A DNA stretch of 64,000 nt from Bacteroidota bacterium (GTDB taxonomy: Bacteria; Bacteroidota; Bacteroidia; Chitinophagales; Saprospiraceae), in contig WGNL01000001.1 in assembly GCA_016124585.1 (NCBI GenBank), positions 266,807-330,806 of the forward strand, written 5' to 3'. Within the stretch, counting starts at the first letter, position 1; every line of letters starts with the position of its first letter. The notes beneath the pieces were generated by a model, which was not told where the DNA came from, did no database searches, and worked only from the letters and a program-made list of their open reading frames with translations. Below, piece after piece: positions 56,668-64,000 of the stretch. A program made the translations under genes and the position numbers.

Positions 56668-57729
56668 TTATCGAAGTATTTCAAATCGCTCAAAGCCAGC
56701 CACTTTCCCTCGCTTATCCTTTAAAACAAGGATAAAAGTTCCAGCTGTAAGTGCTTGGACGTTTATGCTTTCCGTAGCAGAAACGGCAGGTTGGACTAGC
56801 ATCCGATGCCCGAGCATATCGAAAATTTCCATTTGCCCGACAAAACCTTCCGGTAAATCTACCTGTAGAAAATTGCTCGTCGGATTTGGGGAAATCTTTA
56901 CGTCCAGAAAAGTCTTTGAATTATGCGTCGCACTTACAAATTCATTCAGCCAAATCATTGATGTATCAATACCAGGGCTGATTTTGTACTGCACGACTGG
57001 GAAGCTGAGGTTGAATTGGTTGGTCCACCAGTTATGGTAGGTGATGGTCTTGGGAGTCGTTTTTGAAAGAAAAGTCCAGATGCCATTGTTCAGATAAACG
57101 ATGGAATCATAAGAAACCTCAACTTCAGTTGAGCGAAGTACATCAAACGTGCCGATAGGAGAGGTCAAAGTGCCATAACCATCCACTACCACATTTCTGT
57201 TGGTGGTCGTAATGGACCTCACGCTATCTAATGGGAAACCGACCTCACTCCCTTTCACTTGTGCTGTTCCGATGACAGTCTCTGAATACGTTTGATTCAA
57301 CTCCAAAGGAAACTTGATAATGGTTTGAGGAGGGTCGTACTTGAAGGCAGTGGTCACCGTGTATGGTTCTATGGTGAATGTGCCATAGGTACCGAAAGTG
57401 GCAATATGGTCATTGGTTTTTTCCAAGTAGATTATAGCAATAGAGTCCAAAGTAGTAGCAAGGTTGGCATTTGGGAAAAGTGAAAAATAAGCGGTTTCAT
57501 CAGCAGGGTAAAAAGCTAGTGAGTCGCTGCTATCATTGTCAAGCATGGAAAAGTCCCAGGTTTGCATGCCAGTTCCGCCGGGAGAAATACTGGCTTCGAT
57601 GGATGTATCCCTACTTTGAATGGCAAATACGCCTAAAGGGTTTACTTCATCAGCTTGAATGGTAATTTGAGCATTTGTAAATGCAGGCAAAAACGCAAGG
57701 ACTACTGCAATTTGGAAAATTTTTTTCAT
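56668..57729 (-). CDS. Secreted protein with a T9SS type-A sorting domain, N-terminal domain unknown
   Basis: Signal peptide MKKIFQIAVVLAFLPAFTNAQ (start moved to 57729). C-terminus KISPNPTSNFLQVDLP...MEIFDMLGHRM...GTFILVLKD...FEILR. Confidence 0.75.
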   Translation of the reverse strand: MKKIFQIAVVLAFLPAFTNAQITIQADEVNPLGVFAIQSRDTSIEASISPGGTGMQTWDFSMLDNDSSDSLAFYPADETAYFSLFPNANLATTLDSIAIIYLEKTNDHIATFGTYGTFTIEPYTVTTAFKYDPPQTIIKFPLELNQTYSETVIGTAQVKGSEVGFPLDSVRSITTTNRNVVVDGYGTLTSPIGTFDVLRSTEVEVSYDSIVYLNNGIWTFLSKTTPKTITYHNWWTNQFNLSFPVVQYKISPGIDTSMIWLNEFVSATHNSKTFLDVKISPNPTSNFLQVDLPEGFVGQMEIFDMLGHRMLVQPAVSATESINVQALTAGTFILVLKDKRGKVAGFERFEILR

Positions 57730-57986
57730 TAGAATTTTGATTTTAATAATCACCCTACTAGGATTACGGATTCATTTCCGCAAAAGTTGGGTTCAATCAT
57801 ATTTTCGACAAACTTAGACGTTTTTTGTCCGTCATTTTCATATCCCACAAGTTATTAATTGACCCTTGCCGACATTTGTTCAAAATTGAAACTCCATTTA
57901 AGATGCCTACATGTGAAAAACTCAATCTGCCACAAACAAGGCCAAGGCTTATATTTGCCCCTTTTCAGCTTGAAAAAAGCAACTAA

Positions 57987-59081
57987 ATGCCGAATTCCAT
58001 TACCAAAATATTCCATCCTGCCTACTACGCTCGAACGACAGTCGGAGGTGTGACGCTTGGTCAAATGGATGCCCTGTTGGCCAACGGTTATTATCGGAAT
58101 GGGGTTGATATTTGTGCAGCTTCTGTACGTAGCATGGGCAATATCTGGGTTTCTGCGGTGATGCTTCGGGTACGATTATCAGATTTTGTGTGGAAGAAAC
58201 GACTGCGAAAATTGCTTAGAACCAATAGTGGAAAATTCGACTTCGAATTCCGACCATTTCAGCCAACTACTGAAATGGAAACACTTTGGCAACAATACAA
58301 GGACAAAGTACATGGCTGGCACAGTGTGCCTTCATTGGCTCAACATATTCTGCGGGGGAAAACGGCAGATGACTTTAATACTTGGCAGCTTTGTGTTTTT
58401 TCGCAAGGAAAGCTGGTGGCTTTTAGCGTTTTTGACCGGGGGCTGCACAGTATAGCTTCCTTGGAAGCGGCTTATGACACCGAGTTTAGCAAATATAGCT
58501 TAGGAGTTTATACCATGCTACTCGAAATCACATGGTGTCAAGGCCACGGCCTTGATTATTATTATCCAGGTTTTTACCCTGAGAACGACCCCATGTTTGA
58601 TTACAAACTTAGGCCAGGGAACATTGAGTTTTTTCGGGTGGAAAATGGGGCGTGGCTCCCAATCGACAAACTAGTCACTACTGATTGGAAGCTTGCGGAA
58701 TTGGTGGATAGACACAGGGCGGTCCAAGAGGTTTTTCAAAGCAATGAAATACAATTCACCATTGCCTTTAATCACAGCCCTTTTCGGCCGGATGGTCAGC
58801 CTAACCTTTGTGCTTGTAGCCTACAGATAATTGTTCCGATTCAAACCCCTACAGGCCAACGATTGGTTTTTGTCCATTGGAATTTATCGGAAAAATTATA
58901 TGACGTATTTTCAGGTACGGATTTAACGCCAATGATGCGCAAAGATGCACTGGGCAATTACCTTCCACATCATTTTTACAGCGTCAAACAGGTGCAATAT
59001 TTTGGCAGTTTCCAAACGCCTGTGGAGGTTGTGTTACTTGCGCAAAAAATCAAAGAGCAGCTCATTTTGACGGTTTCATAG
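57987..59081 (+). CDS. ATE/Bpt-family aminoacyl-tRNA-protein transferase-like protein (GNAT fold)
   Basis: LANGYYRNG (compare GFRRSG), ...LRVRLSDFVWKKRLRKLLRTN (compare RV....F..S...RR...N) and LGVYTMLLEI.W....GLDYYYPGFY (compare the ATE_C core ending Y.LGY). The usual N-terminal Cys cluster is missing, and a C-terminal extension of roughly 130 aa is added. Confidence 0.6.
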   Translation: MPNSITKIFHPAYYARTTVGGVTLGQMDALLANGYYRNGVDICAASVRSMGNIWVSAVMLRVRLSDFVWKKRLRKLLRTNSGKFDFEFRPFQPTTEMETLWQQYKDKVHGWHSVPSLAQHILRGKTADDFNTWQLCVFSQGKLVAFSVFDRGLHSIASLEAAYDTEFSKYSLGVYTMLLEITWCQGHGLDYYYPGFYPENDPMFDYKLRPGNIEFFRVENGAWLPIDKLVTTDWKLAELVDRHRAVQEVFQSNEIQFTIAFNHSPFRPDGQPNLCACSLQIIVPIQTPTGQRLVFVHWNLSEKLYDVFSGTDLTPMMRKDALGNYLPHHFYSVKQVQYFGSFQTPVEVVLLAQKIKEQLILTVS

Positions 59082-59517
59082 TTTCATAGATTTCAATCCA
59101 TTGATGGGGTGTCATCTTGCTCACCAATTCTCCGATCAATTCCAAAGGCACATCTTCTGGTTTTTTGAAACGGATACAGCATTTACCCATGTCCAGTTTT
59201 TTCTTTGAATGTTTAGGCCATTCCTCCTTGAACCAGTTCAGTAGTGGCCCTTCGTACATTCCCATGTGGTACAGCGAGATATAGTTTTTTTGCGAAGCAA
59301 GGCTGATGAACGGCAACGGTAGCTTTGGGTCGCAATGGTAGCCTTCGGAATAAAGGCTGTGTGGCACCACATACCCCAACATGCCATAGCCCATACCCTC
59401 TTTGAACCCATCAGGCAAGTTTTTCAAGATGACCTCTCTAATTGCAGTGAGAATGGGACGGCGCTCATCTGAAAGGGATGCAAGATATTCGGCTGGTGTA
59501 CTGGCAGTTGATTGCAT
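59062..59517 (-). CDS. DUF1801 (YdhG-like) domain protein
   Basis: PAEYLASL.DERRPILTAIREVILKNLP...YGMLGY......P...LASQKNYISLY pattern. The start is moved to MQSTAST (59517). Its 3' end overlaps the convergent gene by 20 nt. Confidence 0.7.
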   Translation of the reverse strand: MQSTASTPAEYLASLSDERRPILTAIREVILKNLPDGFKEGMGYGMLGYVVPHSLYSEGYHCDPKLPLPFISLASQKNYISLYHMGMYEGPLLNWFKEEWPKHSKKKLDMGKCCIRFKKPEDVPLELIGELVSKMTPHQWIEIYETMKPSK

Positions 59518-59839
59518 TATGTTTTTGATGACAAAATTAAGGTTTTGTGCGAATGTGGAAAATACAAAGTGGAATAATCGCTTATCACAAGTTTTAAGAA
59601 GTATAGCATTCAACTAATTAATTCATTTATTACATAGGTCGTTTAATTCAGAATGAACGATTGAATAAAATTGGATGACCCCCAGTTTTTACAAAAATTG
59701 TTGTCCCTATTCTTCTGTTTTAAAATAGGATTGAACAAGTGAAAACAAGCCCCGTTGTAGTCTCAACATTAAGTGTTCGTTCTGGCAATTTGCCAAACAA
59801 TGCAGGATAAAATTGAAAATAAGAACCTAACTATTGTAC

Positions 59840-60658
59840 ATGGAAACAGTTCCGAAAGTTTTGCCAAAAAACAAGTATGTAGTTTCCAGAAGGGTTGATG
59901 CCTTTTTTTCGGATATTTATCATATCTGGATTTTCATTCTCAGATTCTTCAAGGAAGTTTTTTCTAGTCCTTTTGAATTCAAAGAGGTTGTAAACCAATG
60001 CTACCATATTGGCTTGAAATCTTTGAGTTTAGTGTCATTGACTGGTTTGGTGACAGGAATTGTTTTCACAAACCAATCCCGGCCCTCATTAGAGGTTTTT
60101 GGAGCTAGTTCATGGCTGCCGTCATTGGTCGCCATTGCGTTGATTCGGGCATTGGCACCTTTGGTCACTGCATTGATAGTGGCAGTGGCAGGTAAAGTAG
60201 GTTCAAATATTGGTGCTGAGCTAGGTTCCATGCGAGTGACTGAGCAGATTGATGCGATGGAAGTATCGGCTACTAACCCTTTTAAGTTTTTAGTGGCAAC
60301 AAGAGTACTAGCGACTACGATCATGGTTCCAGTTTTAGTGATGTACACTGGATTGGTGGGAATGATGGGTTCATTCTTAAACGTTCATCAGAACGAAGAA
60401 ACCAGTTTTCCAGCTTTTTTTAAAAGTGCATTTGCATCAATAACTTTCTTGGATATCTATGCTTCTGTGATTAAAGCTATATGTTTTGGGTTTACTATTG
60501 GAATAGCTAGTTGTTACCAAGGATATAATGCCCAAAAAGGCACACAAGGCGTAGGCCGAGCTGCTAATTTAGCTGTGGTTTTGTCTATGTATTTTATTTT
60601 TATCGAAGAAATAACCATAGTTCAAATCTTTAATAATATTCGGACTTTACTGCTTTAA
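59840..60658 (+). CDS. mlaE: MlaE-family ABC transporter permease
   Basis: LALIRALAPLVTALIVA(G)KVGS.I.AELGSMRVTEQIDAME is the conserved MlaE core. About 270 aa. Confidence 0.88.
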   Translation: METVPKVLPKNKYVVSRRVDAFFSDIYHIWIFILRFFKEVFSSPFEFKEVVNQCYHIGLKSLSLVSLTGLVTGIVFTNQSRPSLEVFGASSWLPSLVAIALIRALAPLVTALIVAVAGKVGSNIGAELGSMRVTEQIDAMEVSATNPFKFLVATRVLATTIMVPVLVMYTGLVGMMGSFLNVHQNEETSFPAFFKSAFASITFLDIYASVIKAICFGFTIGIASCYQGYNAQKGTQGVGRAANLAVVLSMYFIFIEEITIVQIFNNIRTLLL

Positions 60659-60771
60659 TATTATAGCTAAGTTATGTGGTTTTATCCCCAAAAGTCAATT
60701 CGAAATTTTAATGCAATGGCACCGAACTTATTTCCTAAAACTTTTATCCTAATGATTTTAAATCATACTAA

Positions 60772-61548
60772 ATGATAGAGGAAGAAAGAAATATTGACCA
60801 AGAAAACCCTGTAATTACTATACGGGACCTGTATAAATCGTTCGGTGACCTAGTCGTTTTGGATGGGATTAACCTTGATGTATTTAAGGGCGAAAATGTC
60901 GCAGTGCTAGGTAAGTCAGGTACAGGGAAATCAGTGCTTATCAAGATTATTGCAGGATTGCTAAAGCCAGATAGCGGGTTGGTCGAAGTGTTGGGCCAAA
61001 AAGTAGACAAATTAGGCTTGAGGGAATTGCAGCAACTAAGATTGAAATTAGGTTTTTCATTCCAAAACAGTGCCTTGTATGATAGTATGACAATATGGGA
61101 AAATTTGGAATTCCCATTGGTTAGGAACAAGCGCAACCTTACTGCAAAAGAAGTGAAAAATGCCATTGAATCCGTACTGGATGATGTTGGGTTGCCACAA
61201 ACCATCAATCAAATGCCTTCCGAGCTTTCCGGTGGGCAGAAAAAGCGGATTGGCATAGCACGGACTTTAATTTTGCAACCAGAAATAATGCTCTACGATG
61301 AGCCAACATCGGGCCTCGACCCAGCTACAAGTATTGAAATAAATAACCTCATAAAACAAGTTCAACTACAATATAACACGAGTTCAATTATCATCACGCA
61401 CGATCTTACTTGTGCCAAGGCTACCGCTGACCGGGTTGCTGTACTTTTGAATGGTAAATTTTATATAACAGGTAGTTTCGAAGAGGTTTTTAATTCTACT
61501 GAGCCGAATATAAAAACCTTTTACGACTATAATTTCATTACCAACTAA
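60772..61548 (+). CDS. mlaF: MlaF-type ABC transporter ATP-binding protein
   Basis: Walker A GKSGTGKS, signature LSGGQKKR, Walker B IMLYDEPTSGLD and an H-loop ITHD. Confidence 0.88.
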   Translation: MIEEERNIDQENPVITIRDLYKSFGDLVVLDGINLDVFKGENVAVLGKSGTGKSVLIKIIAGLLKPDSGLVEVLGQKVDKLGLRELQQLRLKLGFSFQNSALYDSMTIWENLEFPLVRNKRNLTAKEVKNAIESVLDDVGLPQTINQMPSELSGGQKKRIGIARTLILQPEIMLYDEPTSGLDPATSIEINNLIKQVQLQYNTSSIIITHDLTCAKATADRVAVLLNGKFYITGSFEEVFNSTEPNIKTFYDYNFITN

Positions 61549-62531
61549 TGAGCGAAACTAAAAATAATAGGTCTGTAATTGTTGGCATTTTTATTTTTAT
61601 TGGATTAGCCATACTCGCTGTTACCATATTCACATTGGGCAGCCAGAAAAAAGCTTTTACAAGGTCCGTTTGCATAGATGCCATATTTGATGATGTGGGT
61701 GGACTTCAAAAAGGGGGTAACGTATGGTTCTCTGGACTAAAAGTCGGAACCGTTAAAAACATTGGTTTTGAAGGTGATTCGCAGGTGAAAGTTCAGATGA
61801 GCATCGAATTATCGGCAGTTCCGCATATTCACACAGATGCCAAAGCAAAAATTAGTTCTGATGGATTAATTGGCAATAAGATTATAGTCATATTTGGTGG
61901 TACAACCGCTGCTCCAAATATTAAAGAAAACGACCTGCTAGCTACAGAAGGTGTGATAAGTACAGATGACATGATGGCTACGATGCAAGAGAACAACAAG
62001 AATATATTGGCTATTACTACTGATTTTAAAAGCATTAGCCGGAAGTTGGAGGAAGGGGAAGGTACTTTGGGAGCATTGCTGAACGACCCCAGTATTGCCA
62101 ATAAGTTGAACGCCTCTGCAACCGATTTGCAACTTACTTTAGCTAATCTGAAACAAGTTTCGGAAAACAGCAAGCACGTAGTAGCCAATTTCCAGCATTT
62201 TTCAAATGAGCTGAATCAGTCCGGGAATTCAATTCATGATTTTGTAAACGATACGGTCATGTACAGTAGCATCATTAAGTCCTTGGATGAAGTGCAAAAA
62301 GCTACCAATACCCTGCACCAATTTACCGTAAATCTAAACCAAGTAAGCAGTAAGTTAAACCAGGACAACAACACCTTAGGTTTGTTGCTGAATGACCCAG
62401 CCACTGCTGCCGACATCAAGGCAATGATGCGGAACCTTGAAACAAGTAGTGAAAAGTTGGATGAAAATATGGAAGCTATCCGCCATAATTTCTTATTCCG
62501 CAGATATTTCAGAAAGAAAAACAAGGATTGA
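61548..62531 (+). CDS. mlaD: MlaD/MCE-family protein with a long helical C-terminal extension
   Basis: N-terminal TM helix then the MCE domain (V.GL..G..V...G..VG.V..I). The TAATG stop/start overlap with mlaF indicates coupling. Confidence 0.85.
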   Translation: MSETKNNRSVIVGIFIFIGLAILAVTIFTLGSQKKAFTRSVCIDAIFDDVGGLQKGGNVWFSGLKVGTVKNIGFEGDSQVKVQMSIELSAVPHIHTDAKAKISSDGLIGNKIIVIFGGTTAAPNIKENDLLATEGVISTDDMMATMQENNKNILAITTDFKSISRKLEEGEGTLGALLNDPSIANKLNASATDLQLTLANLKQVSENSKHVVANFQHFSNELNQSGNSIHDFVNDTVMYSSIIKSLDEVQKATNTLHQFTVNLNQVSSKLNQDNNTLGLLLNDPATAADIKAMMRNLETSSEKLDENMEAIRHNFLFRRYFRKKNKD

Positions 62532-62898
62532 TAAATTAATGTGGTTTAGATTGTTTTTATGTTGATTGTCATTTAATAATTGACAAAAGTGCTGCTATGC
62601 TTATAGCATGACTAAATTAAAAGAAATATACAGCTCCATATTTTGGCATGACCTAGCCTATTTTTTATTGAATGATACTTTGATTCCAAAATACAAAGAT
62701 ATTGTTTCAAAAACATGGATTCATCTATTCTTCAAATAAACTATTAATAAATTTATTGGATCACTACCTTAGCGGCAATCTTCGGAAACAGACATTGCTG
62801 CTGGGCATAGTTTGTGTGCCTGCGGCCAAAAGGTAAACCAATTTTTGGAACAATCGCACACATATGCAGTTTGGCGAAACAAAGCCTGCCTGATTGGC

Positions 62899-64000
62899 TT
62901 GAACTGGTTGAAAATAGCAGTTTTGTTACTTACTGCGCATACTGCTTCCGCCCAGTTTGATACCTTACTGAACCGGCCATTCAATGACCGGTTTTCCCAA
63001 CTACTTAGTCTTCAGAAAGATAATAGGGATGCCCAAACCGACGCTGCTCTGGTTTCCCAGTTAAGTGCCTTGGAAAGTCTTGCAAGTAAAAAAGGTGACA
63101 AAAAGTTCTTAGCGGAACTTGCAACGGTACGGTTCAAACTACTGAAAATTGCTAACGACACTGCCCAGCAACAGTTGAAGGCTGAATTTCAAAAAGCCAT
63201 CTCAACTGCCCAGTCGATGAACTATACCCAGTTGGAGGCGACACTTGAGTTTTTCATGGGGAATCATTACTGGGAATCAAATGATTATCCGCCTGCCATC
63301 CAGCATTATGAAAAAGCATATGAGCTTTCCAATAACCTCACCGGGCGTGATTATTACCTGAAACAGGAAATCGCCTATCAATTAGGCATAAAATATTATT
63401 ACCTGACGGATTATACGACCTCCTTACATTACCTCGAAAAAGCACTGGAGGATGAAAATCCATTGGATACCGTCAAGCCCAAAATCGCTATTTATAACAC
63501 ATTGGGCCTTGTTTTCCTGCATCAGGACAAGCTTGATGATGCAAAAAACAGTTTCAATAAAGCCCTCGAATATGCCCGATTAGCTAATTCACCGATTTGG
63601 ATTGGAAACCTAAGCGGCAACCTTGGGCATGTGTATGTTCTTCAGGGCGAGATGGAAAAAGGGGAGGCTTTGCTGCGAACTGACATGGAAATCAGTTTGG
63701 CAAGGGGCGCAAAGGGGTCAGCATCAGGTGCCATGTTGGAATTGGCCAATCTCAATTTCAATCGGGGTAGGGTAGAACTGGCTGAACAACAAATGGACTC
63801 TGCCATCCAGATAATGGGTGCAAGGATGCCCTATCACCGCAAGAAAACATTATTCCCTTTATTAAGTAAAATCAATGCTTTCAAGGGCCGCTGGCAAGCG
63901 GCAGCCATGTACATTGATTCATCGCTGGTAGTCATGGATAGCATGGCCAGGATGGACAACGCCGTACAGATATTGCGCCTCAAGCAACTGGTGGAACTAC
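62899..64000 (+). CDS. Partial (3'-truncated by the window) TPR-repeat protein with a signal peptide; probably the sensor part of a regulator or kinase
   Basis: Not in the ORF track because no stop is reached. My own translation from the TTG at about 62899 gives (M)NWLKIAVLLLTAHTASAQFDTLL... followed by repeated TPR-like units (A...Y.KA.E, LG.VY...G....A). The frame is open from the TAG at about 62770 to the window end. Confidence 0.6.
   Translation, partial: MNWLKIAVLLLTAHTASAQFDTLLNRPFNDRFSQLLSLQKDNRDAQTDAALVSQLSALESLASKKGDKKFLAELATVRFKLLKIANDTAQQQLKAEFQKAISTAQSMNYTQLEATLEFFMGNHYWESNDYPPAIQHYEKAYELSNNLTGRDYYLKQEIAYQLGIKYYYLTDYTTSLHYLEKALEDENPLDTVKPKIAIYNTLGLVFLHQDKLDDAKNSFNKALEYARLANSPIWIGNLSGNLGHVYVLQGEMEKGEALLRTDMEISLARGAKGSASGAMLELANLNFNRGRVELAEQQMDSAIQIMGARMPYHRKKTLFPLLSKINAFKGRWQAAAMYIDSSLVVMDSMARMDNAVQILRLKQLVEL

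Noticed and set aside
1-64000. tRNA, rRNA, tmRNA, RNase P RNA, transposases, integrases and prophage genes
   Set aside because: I scanned the intergenic regions by eye for GTTCGAATC-type T-arms, RNase P (GAGGAAAGTCC) and tmRNA signatures, and scanned the ORFs for DDE or tyrosine-recombinase motifs. None was found. The scan was manual, so absence is not proven.

Overview
The window reads as a chromosomal segment from a Bacteroidota organism. The evidence is T9SS C-terminal sorting domains, a PorP/SprF gene, a compact 288-aa primary sigma factor and futalosine-pathway menaquinone genes. A Saprospiria- or Cytophagia-like lineage is a guess from gene content only. I support about 50 protein genes. 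I see no rRNA, tRNA, CRISPR array, transposase or integrase.

Housekeeping genes:
- arfB, pfkA, mqnE-mqnA, queE, tilS, cdaA, miaE, rpoD, lptE, holA
- an RsmF-like methyltransferase, an MsbA-like ABC exporter and mlaEFD

Cell-surface genes:
- Five predicted T9SS substrates. Three carry type-A C-terminal domains (a 4xCHRD protein, an Omp28-like protein and one unknown). Two are giant type-B (gliding-motility CTD) adhesins of 1559 and 2051 aa.
- The 2051-aa gene is followed by a PorP/SprF gene and a PorE-like propeller-OmpA gene.
- An ECF sigma / FecR / TonB-dependent transducer unit.

I do not see a convincing new multi-gene system such as a defence island. The signals that the gene calls do not explain are:
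1. A family of heptad-periodic, low-complexity intergenic tracts (GGTTTNN, GGTGAAT and GAAAATN units). Many fold into long hairpins, including a 74-bp perfect palindrome between mqnE and mqnA.
2. A 101-nt element closed by an 18-bp stem, upstream of lptE.
3. A visibly AT-rich islet of small membrane or secreted proteins next to the first giant adhesin.
4. An sbcD gene with no adjacent sbcC, bracketed by an 18/19-nt direct repeat.

Several ORF-track starts are upstream artefacts, and I give shortened coordinates for them. Coordinates of the small DNA motifs were counted by eye and may be off by 1-2 nt.
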